Assembly (NCBI GenBank): GCA_963754485.1
Contig: CAVWFY010000006.1
Location: 83,205 to 147,204, forward strand
Direction of reading: 5' to 3'
Source of the DNA: an uncultured Chloroflexia bacterium
GTDB lineage: Bacteria; Chloroflexota; Limnocylindria; Limnocylindrales; CSP1-4
Length of the DNA: 64,000 bases
In this document: positions 9,834 to 19,056 of the stretch, in pieces
Layout: every line of letters starts with the position of its first letter
Numbering within the stretch: position 1 is the stretch's first letter
Position numbers and translations under genes: made by a program
The notes under the pieces: model-generated
What the model was told of the DNA's origin: nothing
The model's database searches: none
What the model saw: the letters and a program-made list of their open reading frames with translations, nothing else

Positions 9834-11232
9834 GCGACCCCGTTCCGCGGTTCCCGCCGCCAGCCGCGCAGGATGTGCGGACCTACGCGCAGGCGCTCGA
9901 GGCGATCGAGGCCCGGGGCCGCTTCGGCATCCGCCTGGGCCTGGGCCGCGTCCGCGCGCTGCTCCGCGCGATCGGCAACCCGGAGCTGGCGGTGCGCGGG
10001 GCGCTGGTTGCCGGCACGAACGGCAAGGGGAGCGTCATCGCCCTGGCGGGCTCCGCGCTGCGCGCCGCCGGCTACCGGGTGGGGGAGACCCCCAAGCCGC
10101 ACCTCGTGAGCTACCGGGAGCGGATCGTGGTGGACGGGCTGCCGATCGCGGCGGCGGACTTCGCGCGGCTCGTTGACGAGGCGCTGCCGGAAGCCGATCG
10201 CATTGCCCGGCGCCTCGGCCCGCCCACGGAGTTCGAGCTCCTGACCGCGGTCATGTTCCGCCACTTCGCCGAGCTGGACCTCGACGTCGCCCTGGTCGAG
10301 GTGGGCCTTGGCGGGCGCCTGGACGCCACCAACGCCTGGGATGGGGGCGTGGCGGTGCTCACGAACGTGGGCCTGGACCACACCGATCGCCTCGGGCCGA
10401 CGATCGCGCACATCGCGCGCGAGAAGGCGGCGATCGTCAAGCGCGGGGACGTTGCCGTGACGGGCACGGATGGCGAGGCGCTGACGGTCGTGCGCAGGCG
10501 GTGCGCGCGGCTGGGCGTCCCCCTGGCCGTGGCGCCGCCGGCCCCGATCCTCGGCTGGTCGCGGGACGCCCTCACGCTGGAGCTGCCGCGTCTGGGCCTC
10601 GTGGACGTGGGGCTCCGCGGCCGCCACCAGGCCTCCAACGCGGCGGTGGCCGACGGGCTGCTGGATGCGCTCGAGCTGGCGGGGATCGCCACGGTGCCCC
10701 CGGAGGCGCGGCGCAAGGGCTACGCGGCCGCGCGCTGGCCCGGGCGCCTGGAGCTGGTCGCGGCGCGGGTGCCGGGCTCCGGCGAGCTGCGCGAGGTCCT
10801 CCTCGACGGCGCCCACAACCCTGACGGAGCCCGCGCCCTCGCTCAGGCGCTCGACGACCTCCGTCCGCACCTCGCCGGCGGTGGCGAGACGCCTCCGGCC
10901 CCGCTGGCCGTGGTCTGGGCGGCCATGGCCGACAAGGATGTGGTGGGCGTCGTGACCGCGTGGCGGCCTCGCGGTCCCTGGCCGGCGCCACGATCGTGTG
11001 CACCGCGCTGGGTCTGCCGCGCGCGATGCTCGCCGCGGACCTCGCCGCGATCTGGCGGGCCGCGCTGCCCAGGGCGGACGTCCGCACGGCCCCGACCCCG
11101 GACGAGGCGCTGGATCTGGCGTTCGCGACAGGGCGCGGACCGGTCGTCGTGGCGGGCTCGCTGTATCTCGTCGGGGCGGCCCGGGCCCGGCTCGTGGACG
11201 ACCCGGCGCTGCGCGACCCGGACGAGGCGTGA
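9830..11232 (+). CDS. folC: Folylpolyglutamate/dihydrofolate synthase, frameshift near 10958
   Basis: VAGTNGKGS, EVGLGGRLDATN, WPGRLE, LDGAHNP; GSLYLVG tail in another frame (10960-11232). Confidence 0.9.
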
Positions 11233-11250
11233 ACGGGGCATGATTCGGCG

Positions 11251-12231
11251 ATGAACGAGCGGCATCTTCCCGACGAGCTCGGCGTGGTCCGTGCCCGCCC
11301 CGACGAGGGTGGCGGCGCCGCGACGCCGTCCCGCTCGCTCCCGGCCGACGCCGGATCCGGCCTGCCCGGCACGCCACGGCCGATGGTGGCCGGCCCGCGG
11401 ACGCTGGACTGGGGCCGGCGGACCTGGATCATGGGGATCCTCAACGTGACCCCGGACAGCTTCGCCGGTGACGGCCTTCTCGCGGCAGCCGACCCCATCG
11501 CCGCGGCGCTCGACCAGGCGCGCCGCATGGTGGCGGACGGAGCCGACCTGCTCGACGTCGGGGGCGCCTCCAGCCGGCCCGGTCACGCTGCCATCCCGCC
11601 CGACGAGGAGATCGCGCGCGTCGTACCGGTCATCCGCGTGATCGCCGCGGAGCTGCCGGGCACGGCCATCTCCATCGACACCACGAGCCCAGCCGTCGCC
11701 GCCGCGGCCCTCGAGGCCGGCGCGCACCTCCTCAACGACGTCTGGGGCGTGGCCGAGGACCCGGGGATGGTCCGCCTCGCGGCCGAGAGGGGCGTCCCGA
11801 TCGTCCTGATGCACAACCGCGCCGAGGCCCGCTACCGGAATCTGGTCGCCGAGGTGGTCGCGGACCTCCAGCGGGCGCTGGAGCGGGCCATGGACGCCGG
11901 CGTGCCGTGGGACCACCTGGTCGTGGATCCGGGTTTCGGGTTCGGCAAGACGCCGGACCACAACGTGGCGCTGCTGGCGGACCTCGGTGCCCTGCGCGTG
12001 CTCGGACGTCCGATCCTCCTGGGGACCTCGCGCAAGTCGACGCTGGGCAGGCTCCTCGATCTGCCAGCGGACCAGCGCATGGAGGCCACCACCGCCACCA
12101 CGGCGCTGGGCATCGCCGCTGGCGTCGACATCGTCCGGGTCCATGACGTGCGCGAGAACGCCCGCACGGCGCGCGTCGCGGATGCGATCCTGCGTGGGTG
12201 GCGCCCGGACGGGTGGCCCCGAGGAGCCTGA
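11251..12231 (+). CDS. folP: Dihydropteroate synthase
   Basis: MGILNVTPDSF, DPGFGFGK, SRKS, VRVHDV. Confidence 0.95.
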   Translation: MNERHLPDELGVVRARPDEGGGAATPSRSLPADAGSGLPGTPRPMVAGPRTLDWGRRTWIMGILNVTPDSFAGDGLLAAADPIAAALDQARRMVADGADLLDVGGASSRPGHAAIPPDEEIARVVPVIRVIAAELPGTAISIDTTSPAVAAAALEAGAHLLNDVWGVAEDPGMVRLAAERGVPIVLMHNRAEARYRNLVAEVVADLQRALERAMDAGVPWDHLVVDPGFGFGKTPDHNVALLADLGALRVLGRPILLGTSRKSTLGRLLDLPADQRMEATTATTALGIAAGVDIVRVHDVRENARTARVADAILRGWRPDGWPRGA

Positions 12232-12238
12232 AGGCGCA

Positions 12239-12604
12239 ATGAGCGACCGCATCATCCTGGACTCGATGGTGTTCCAGGGCACGCACGGCGTATACGTCGA
12301 GGAGCAGCAGACGCCGCAGCCGTTCGAGGTGGACGTCGAACTGCGGCTGAACCTCCAGCCCGCCGGTCTGTCCGACGACCTCGAGCAGACCGTCGACTAC
12401 AGCCGCGTGTTCGACACCTGCCGCCAGATCGTCGAGTCCACGCGGTTCAACCTCATCGAGGCCCTCGCCGAGGCGATCGCGCACGAGATCCTGGCGGGCT
12501 TCCCGGCCGACGAGGTGACGATACGGGTCCGCAAGCCAGAGGTGCGCATGGGCGGCACCCTGCGGGCCGCGGGCGTGGAGATCCAGCGCCGACGCGTCAC
12601 CTGA
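12239..12604 (+). CDS. folB: Dihydroneopterin aldolase
   Basis: HGV..EE...Q.F.VD, TVDYS, LIEALAE, RVRKP. Confidence 0.92.
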   Translation: MSDRIILDSMVFQGTHGVYVEEQQTPQPFEVDVELRLNLQPAGLSDDLEQTVDYSRVFDTCRQIVESTRFNLIEALAEAIAHEILAGFPADEVTIRVRKPEVRMGGTLRAAGVEIQRRRVT

Positions 12605-12743
12605 CCGGCGCGGGCGTGACCGACGCGTTTCTGACGGCGCAGGCCGGACTTGCCCCGGTCCCGAAACGACGAACGCGCCGCCCGGGCCCTCCGGACGGCG
12701 CGTCGGTTCGCGAGGGGGCGGACACCCACCCCTCGCCCGCTTG

Positions 12744-14189
12744 CTAGAGGTCGGCCGGCCGCGTCCCGAGGACCACGCTCACCGTGACCGAGGCCCCGTC
12801 CCGCAGGACGTCCAGGGTCACCGTGCCGCCGGGCGCGAACTGCGTCAGCATCGCGTCCAGCGGGTGCTCCTGGTCGATCTTCTTGCCGTTGATCGAGAGG
12901 ATGATGTCGCCGTCCTGGATCCCGGCCTGCGCAGCGGGACTGTCCTCGACGACCGCCGGCCCGGTGCCGCCGGTGTTGCTCACCAGGGCGCCGCTGTCCA
13001 CCGTGAGATTCAGATCCTTCTTGACCTGGAGGTTGATGGGCTGGAACCGGATGCCGATCCACGGCCGGCTGAGGGCCTCGCCCTTCAGTGCCTGGTCCAT
13101 GATCGGGCGGGCGATGTCGATGGGGATGGCGAAGCCGATCCCGGACGAGTCCGTGGCGACGGCCGTGTTGATGCCCACGACGGCCCCGGAGGCATCGGCG
13201 AGCGGTCCGCCCGAGTTGCCCGGGTTGATGGCCGCATCGGTCTGGATCAGGTTGTTGATCCGCGTGCCATTGTCGACCTGGATGTCGCGGCCCGTACCGG
13301 ACACGATGCCGCTGGTCACCGAGAACGAGTAGGTTCCCAGCGGGCTGCCGATGGCGACGACGAGCTGGCCGATCTTGAGGCCGTCGCTCTTGCCGATGGG
13401 TGCGGCGGGCAGGCCCGTCTCCGCGACCTTGACGATCGCGAGGTCGGTCAGGGTGTCGATCCCGTAGACCGTGCCCTCGAACTGGCGGCCGTCCTTGAGC
13501 TCCACGGTGAGTGTGTCCGCGTCCGCGACGACATGGCGGTTGGTGAGGATCCAGCCGTTCGCGTCGTAGATGAAGCCGGAGCCGACGCCGCTGGTCGGGA
13601 TCGAGCCGAACTGGTCCTGGGTGGCGGCGCCCTTGGTCGAGATCTTGACGACGGCCGGGCCGACCCGCTCGGCGGCCCCGATGACCGCCGAGGACTCGTC
13701 GATCGTGACGGGCTGCTGGCCCGCGGCGGGCTGCGCGACGCCGAGGCTCGAGGCCGGGACGGTCTGGTCGAAGGCGCCGGAGCGCTCGAGCGCGACGACG
13801 GTGCCGCCCGAGGCGAGCACGGCCGAGAGCAGGGATGCCGCGACGATGGTGCCGACACCGGCTCCGCCCCGCTTCCGGGACTGTGAATCCGCCTGGACGG
13901 GCGGGGTGCCATATGCGGGCGGCGGGGGCGTGCCGCCGCCGGTCGCCGGCTGACCCCATGACGGGGCCGTGCCGTACGGCGCCTGGCCGGAAGCCGGGCT
14001 GGGTTCATACCAGCGCTCGGACGTGACCTGACTGGCGGGCGATGCGCTGGTGGGCGACGCCCACGCCCAGCGGGCGTCGGGCCGCGGATCCGGCGTGGGG
14101 GCATAGCGGGGGACGTCGACGGGCTGGGTGTCGTCGAGCTGGTCGGGGCCGGTGCGCTGGGGGGCGTCCGGGGTCTGGTCGTCGTTCAT
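12744..14189 (-). CDS. htrA: HtrA/DegP-family serine protease with PDZ domain
   Basis: GSGF, TNRHV, DLAIVK, QTDAAINPGNSGGPL, C-terminal PDZ, N-terminal TM. Confidence 0.93.
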   Translation of the reverse strand: MNDDQTPDAPQRTGPDQLDDTQPVDVPRYAPTPDPRPDARWAWASPTSASPASQVTSERWYEPSPASGQAPYGTAPSWGQPATGGGTPPPPAYGTPPVQADSQSRKRGGAGVGTIVAASLLSAVLASGGTVVALERSGAFDQTVPASSLGVAQPAAGQQPVTIDESSAVIGAAERVGPAVVKISTKGAATQDQFGSIPTSGVGSGFIYDANGWILTNRHVVADADTLTVELKDGRQFEGTVYGIDTLTDLAIVKVAETGLPAAPIGKSDGLKIGQLVVAIGSPLGTYSFSVTSGIVSGTGRDIQVDNGTRINNLIQTDAAINPGNSGGPLADASGAVVGINTAVATDSSGIGFAIPIDIARPIMDQALKGEALSRPWIGIRFQPINLQVKKDLNLTVDSGALVSNTGGTGPAVVEDSPAAQAGIQDGDIILSINGKKIDQEHPLDAMLTQFAPGGTVTLDVLRDGASVTVSVVLGTRPADL

Positions 14190-14270
14190 GGGCCGGGAAC
14201 TTCTCTCTGGTTCGTGGGTGATGACAGGTTCGGGGGCGGTGACGGACTCCGTCTTGAAGGAGTCCCAGGA

Positions 14271-16001
14271 CTAGGTTGCCGGATCGTGGTTCAAGGCCGG
14301 GTCCTGAGATGGTGAAGAAACGTCCACGTTCTCGCCCAGGCCAGTCGCCGGCGTCCTGGTCTGTGGTGCGGAGGCCACGGAAACGGCAGGCAGTTCGGCG
14401 ACGGCTGGCTCGACCTCGTTGACCTCGCGCGGGTCCTTGGGCAGGGTGACCACGAACCTCGAGCCGTGGCCCGCGCGGCTCTCCACCACGATCGTGCCGT
14501 GGTGCAGGTCGACGATGGACTTGACGATGGACAGGCCGAGGCCGGATCCCGTGCTGCGGGCCTCGTTGAGCTCGGTGCCACGGTAGAAGCGGTCGAAGAT
14601 CAGGGGCATCTCGGACGCCGGGATGCCCACGCCGGTGTCGACCACCTCGATCCGTGCCCCGCCGTCCGGCTCCGCACGCGCGGTGACCCGGACCTGGCCC
14701 CCGCGGCCCGTGAACTTGAGCGCGTTGCCCACGAGATTCGTCACGACCTGGCCGATCCGCGGCGAGTCGTGCCGGATCCGCAGCGGCCGGTCCGGCAACG
14801 CGACGGTCAGGCCGATCCCCTTCCGCTCGGCCGAGGCCAGCTGCTGCTCCACCGCGGACTCGATGGTGCCGCGCACGTCGTCGGGGCGCAGCTCCAGGAG
14901 CACGAGGCCTGAATCCAGCTTCGAGAGCTCCAGGAGGTTCTGGGCGAGCCAGTCCAGGCGGTCGAGCTGGGTTGCCGAGGAGCCCAGGAACTCGGCCCGG
15001 GCCGCGGGGTCCACCCCAGCGGGCCCCTGGAGCAGCTCCACGAACGTGCGCATGGCCGAGATCGGGGTCCGCAGCTCGTGGCTGACGTCGGCCAGGAAGT
15101 CGCGGCTCAGGTCGCGGTCGCGGCGGATGATCCCGACACTCTCCTCGAGCCGGTCGGCCATCTGGTTGAACTGCGTGGACAGCGCCCTGAGCTCGAGGGT
15201 CCCCGACGACAGCTCGTCCGTGGCGACGCGCGCCGACAGGTCGCCTTCCGCCACGCGCCGCGAGGCATCGGTGAGGCGCGTGATCGGGACCGTGAAGCGG
15301 TGGGCGAGGAACGCGGCCACCAGCACCGCCACCAGGAACGCCGCCGCGGCCATGAGCAGGAGCAGGCCGTTGATCGCGGCGAGGGTGCTGGCCCGGCTGG
15401 TGTACGGGTTGCTGAGCGTGACCCCGAGACCCCAGTCGGCCGTGGCGTTGGCCCGCCCCGCCATCGCCGATGCGGGCTCGATCGCCGGGTCGGGCGCCTG
15501 GCCGCTCGGGAAGGCGACCCCCGGATCTGCGTCGAACGCGAGGCCGGGATCGGGGTCCGGGGCGATCGTCCCGTCCGTCTCCATGCGCGCCGGGCCGAAT
15601 GCGACGTCGACCTTGGCCTGGGCGACCTGGTCGGTGACGAGCTGCAGGAGCCCGCCCTTGACCAGAAGGGCCTGGACCTCGGGCTTGAGCGTGGCCTTGC
15701 CAGTCTCCGGGTGCACCCACACGATCGCCTTCTCGTCGCCGAAGGTGTCGCCGATCGCGCGCGCCAGGATCTCGGCCGTCGCATCCGCTCGATCCTGGAG
15801 CCGGGTCTCCTCCTGCTGGCGGAAGAAGTCGTCGAGGCGCAGGACGAGCACCGGGGCGACCAGCGTCAACGTGAGGGCGACGACCGCCATGAACGCGAAC
15901 GTGAGGCGCGTCTGGAACGACTGGGGGACCGGGTTGCGCCGTCGTCCGTCCGTGCCGTGACTGGCCGGCGGGACCCCGTCCGGCGCGCGGACGTCGGCCA
16001 T
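14271..16001 (-). CDS. HAMP-domain sensor histidine kinase
   Basis: Two TMs, HAMP, SHELRTP, NLVGNALKF, DTGVGI, GSGLGL. Confidence 0.93.
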   Translation of the reverse strand: MADVRAPDGVPPASHGTDGRRRNPVPQSFQTRLTFAFMAVVALTLTLVAPVLVLRLDDFFRQQEETRLQDRADATAEILARAIGDTFGDEKAIVWVHPETGKATLKPEVQALLVKGGLLQLVTDQVAQAKVDVAFGPARMETDGTIAPDPDPGLAFDADPGVAFPSGQAPDPAIEPASAMAGRANATADWGLGVTLSNPYTSRASTLAAINGLLLLMAAAAFLVAVLVAAFLAHRFTVPITRLTDASRRVAEGDLSARVATDELSSGTLELRALSTQFNQMADRLEESVGIIRRDRDLSRDFLADVSHELRTPISAMRTFVELLQGPAGVDPAARAEFLGSSATQLDRLDWLAQNLLELSKLDSGLVLLELRPDDVRGTIESAVEQQLASAERKGIGLTVALPDRPLRIRHDSPRIGQVVTNLVGNALKFTGRGGQVRVTARAEPDGGARIEVVDTGVGIPASEMPLIFDRFYRGTELNEARSTGSGLGLSIVKSIVDLHHGTIVVESRAGHGSRFVVTLPKDPREVNEVEPAVAELPAVSVASAPQTRTPATGLGENVDVSSPSQDPALNHDPAT

Positions 16002-16002
16002 C

Positions 16003-16698
16003 TCAGTGCTCGGCGAACTGGTAGCCGGCACCGCGGACCGTCAGCACGAACTGGGGGAGGGACGGGTCGTCCTCGATCTTGTCGCGCAGGTGGCTGACGT
16101 GGACGTTGATGGTCTTCTCATCCTGGTCCAGGGCTTCGTAGTCGCGGAGCAGCTCGAGGAGCTCACGGCGGCTGAAGACGCGGCCCGGCCGGCTGGCGAG
16201 GTGGCGCAGGATCTCGAACTCGGTGGCCGTCAGGGCGATCCGGCGGTTGCCGCGCTGGACCCGCCGCCGCTCCAGGTCGATCACGAGGTCGCCGTGGCGG
16301 ATCACGCGCCCGCCCGCGGCGTTGGCGAGGTCGCCGTAGGCGCGCCGCAGGAGCGCGCGGATCCGGCTCATCAGCTCGCGCAGGGCGAAGGGCTTGGTCA
16401 CGTAGTCGTCCGCGCCGAGCTCCAGCCCGACCACCTTGTCGAACTCGTCCCCACGCGCCGTGAGGAACAGGACCGGGGCCTTGGAGCCGACCGCACGGAG
16501 GCGGCGGAGGACCTCGAACCCGTCCATGCCCGGCAGGCGGACGTCGAGGAGGATCAGGTCCGGAGCCTGGGTGGTGGCGAACTCCAGCCCCTCCTCGCCC
16601 GATCGCGCGATCGTCACTTCGTAGCCTTCCTGCTGGAGGGCGTACTGGATGCCTCGCGCGACGGCGAACTCGTCTTCAACGATCAGGATGGTTGCCAC
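16003..16698 (-). CDS. OmpR/PhoB-family response regulator
   Basis: VEDE, LDVRLP, GADDYVTKPF, winged-helix TVRGAGY. Confidence 0.95.
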   Translation of the reverse strand: MATILIVEDEFAVARGIQYALQQEGYEVTIARSGEEGLEFATTQAPDLILLDVRLPGMDGFEVLRRLRAVGSKAPVLFLTARGDEFDKVVGLELGADDYVTKPFALRELMSRIRALLRRAYGDLANAAGGRVIRHGDLVIDLERRRVQRGNRRIALTATEFEILRHLASRPGRVFSRRELLELLRDYEALDQDEKTINVHVSHLRDKIEDDPSLPQFVLTVRGAGYQFAEH

Positions 16699-16871
16699 GG
16701 CCCGCCGATCCTACACCGGGGTGCGACGGGTGGGGTAGACCGGCGGTGTTCGGCCACCCCTGTGGTAACCTCGCGCGTGACGTCAGACGGGTGGGAGACC
16801 CCCGACGACCCGGTCCCGCCCCGAGAAACGCGAGGGGTGTGCGGGCCGCCCACACAGCGAGGAACATCCAC

Positions 16872-17513
16872 GTGCCCGACCGACCCAGCCTCGCGGCCGC
16901 CAGCCGCACCGTGACCGGCAAGAAGGTCGCGCGTCTCCGCCACGAGGGCCTGCTGCCGGCCGTGATCTACGGTCACGGTGCAGAGAGCGAGCCCCTCACC
17001 CTCGATGCGCACGAGTTCAGCCTGCTCCGCCGCCGCGTCGGTGCGTCCACCCTGGTGGACGTCGTCGTGGACGGCCAGAAGGCCAGGCCGGTGATCGTGC
17101 ACAACATCCAGGTGCACCCGGTCACCCGGCGGCCGCTCCACGTCGATCTGTTCGCCGTGCGTATGACCGAGGAGCTGACGGTCGAGGTCCAGCTCGTGGG
17201 TGTTGGCGCTGCCCCCGCCGTCGAGTCCGGTGGCACGCTCGTGCACCCGACGTCGAGCGTGAAGGTCAGGGCGCTGCCCGACAGGCTGCCCGAGTCGCTG
17301 CAGTACGACCTCGGGAGCCTGGTCGACTACGACAGCACGATCACCGTCGCCGACCTCCAGGCCCCCGAGGGCGTGACGATCCAGGCGGAGGCGAACGACG
17401 TGATCGCCCGCGTCCTGGCGCCGCGCGTCGAGGAGGCCGTCGTCGTCGAGACCCCGGAGGGTGCCGCCGAGGCGCCGGCCGAGGGTGCCGCCGAGGCCGA
17501 CGCCGAGGGCTGA
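16872..17513 (+). CDS. rplY: 50S ribosomal protein L25 (Ctc form)
   Basis: GKKVARLRHEGLLPAVIYGHG, QVHPV...LHVDL; GAGGA RBS and GTG. Confidence 0.92.
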   Translation: MPDRPSLAAASRTVTGKKVARLRHEGLLPAVIYGHGAESEPLTLDAHEFSLLRRRVGASTLVDVVVDGQKARPVIVHNIQVHPVTRRPLHVDLFAVRMTEELTVEVQLVGVGAAPAVESGGTLVHPTSSVKVRALPDRLPESLQYDLGSLVDYDSTITVADLQAPEGVTIQAEANDVIARVLAPRVEEAVVVETPEGAAEAPAEGAAEADAEG

Positions 17514-17541
17514 CCGGTCGGGCCGCTCAGCCGGCCCGCCG

Positions 17542-18390
17542 TCAGGGGCGGTTGCAGCGTGACCGTCGGGGCCGCGCCGAGCGCCGCCCTGTCACAACCG
17601 AGATCGGCAGCTGCATCCGCAGACCGTCGGGCGGGAGCGCGCGCAGCCGTGCCAGCAGGTCCGCCTCGAGCGCGGCGCGCGCCGCGGGTTCCAGCGTGTC
17701 GAACAGCTCCTCGTCGTCGAAGCACGCGAGGAACCCGAGGAATCCCTCGGGGGTGTACCGCTGGTCCACCTTGCTCCGACGCGAGGTGACGCCGGAGAAC
17801 CCGGCACGCCGGAGCTGCGCCGCGGCCTGTGCCGGCGAGTGCGGCTCGTCGTGGGCGCCGCCCCCGTTTCGTGGTTCCAGCCCCGCCGCCACCAGCGCGT
17901 CCGCGTAGGTGTCGTCGGCCGGGAACGAGCCGCCGGCCAGCCACGTTGCGTGCGCCAGGGTTCCGCCCGGGGCGAGGACGCGCCTCGCCTCTCGCAGCGC
18001 CCGGTAGCGCGACGGCACGAGCTGGAGCACGAACGCCGTGACCACGATGTCGAACTCGCCGTCGCCGAAGGGCAGCCGGTCCGCCGTGGCCTGGACCAGC
18101 GACACGCGATCGCGGGCCGTGCCGTCGAGATCCCCCAGCTCGCGCGCCGCCAACCCCAGCATCCCCGCTGAGGCATCCACGCCCGTGACCCGCACGCCCG
18201 GCCAGCGTCCGACGGCAGCGGCGGCCAGCGCCCCGGTCCCGCATCCGACGTCAAGGATCCGCGTCGCGCCGGCGGCCACGGCCGGCCCGATCTCGTCGAG
18301 CAGGGAAAGCGTTGCCGGCCGGTGCACGGGCGCCCACCACCGGGCGTAGCCCTCGGCGATCCGGTCGTAGCGCGCTTCCTGGTCCGTCAC
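17542..18390 (-). CDS. Class I SAM-dependent methyltransferase
   Basis: ILDVGCGTG, GVDAS, LPFGDGEFD, RVLAPGG. Confidence 0.9.
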   Translation of the reverse strand: MTDQEARYDRIAEGYARWWAPVHRPATLSLLDEIGPAVAAGATRILDVGCGTGALAAAAVGRWPGVRVTGVDASAGMLGLAARELGDLDGTARDRVSLVQATADRLPFGDGEFDIVVTAFVLQLVPSRYRALREARRVLAPGGTLAHATWLAGGSFPADDTYADALVAAGLEPRNGGGAHDEPHSPAQAAAQLRRAGFSGVTSRRSKVDQRYTPEGFLGFLACFDDEELFDTLEPAARAALEADLLARLRALPPDGLRMQLPISVVTGRRSARPRRSRCNRP

Positions 18391-18570
18391 CCCGCAATCG
18401 TGCCATGCCGAATCGTGCCGTTCGGCCCCTCGGCGCGGTCCGGGGGCCGCTGGGCGCCGTCAAGCGCCGGGTGGATGCTCCTGCCGTGGTGGGAGGCGCG
18501 TTCCTGTCGCCCGAGTTTGCTGTCGCCGTCGCCCGGGGTAGCTGTCGACGTCGCCCGAAAGGAGCCGAGC

Positions 18571-18972
18571 ATGAAGAAGATCCTGCTCGCCTACGACGGG
18601 GGCGAACCCGCGAAGCGGGCGCTCGAGCAGACGATCGAGCTGGCGACGCGGTTCCAGGCCGAGGTCGGCGTGATCAGCGTGGTGCCCGTGCGTTCCGGCC
18701 GCACCGCGATCGACCCCTGGGACGACCGCACGGTCCACGCCGAGGAGCTCCTGGAGGCGCGCAGGGCCCTGCGCGAGGCCGGGATCGAGGCCGAGATGCT
18801 CGAGCCGGGGGGCGATGTTGCCCGCACCATCGAGCGCGTCGCCGATGAGCGCGGCTACGACACCATCGTCATCGGCACGCGCGGCGTCCGCAGTCTCGCA
18901 AGGACGCTCCAGGGCAGCGTGTCGGAGCACGTCGCCAGCCACGCCCATGTCACCGTCGTCGTCGCTCGCTGA
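18571..18972 (+). CDS. Universal stress protein
   Basis: KILLAYDG, IVIGTRG, GSVSEHV; AAGGAG RBS. Confidence 0.92.
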   Translation: MKKILLAYDGGEPAKRALEQTIELATRFQAEVGVISVVPVRSGRTAIDPWDDRTVHAEELLEARRALREAGIEAEMLEPGGDVARTIERVADERGYDTIVIGTRGVRSLARTLQGSVSEHVASHAHVTVVVAR

Positions 18973-19056
18973 GATGCCGGCGCCACACCCCTCGTCCATC
19001 CCTGGCCGCGTGTCGACCCACCCGGCCGGCCGCGCCCGATCCCGGAGGATCATCTC

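Noticed and set aside
17455-17510. Direct repeat GAGGGTGCCGCCGAGGC
   Set aside because: Low-complexity acidic tail of L25.
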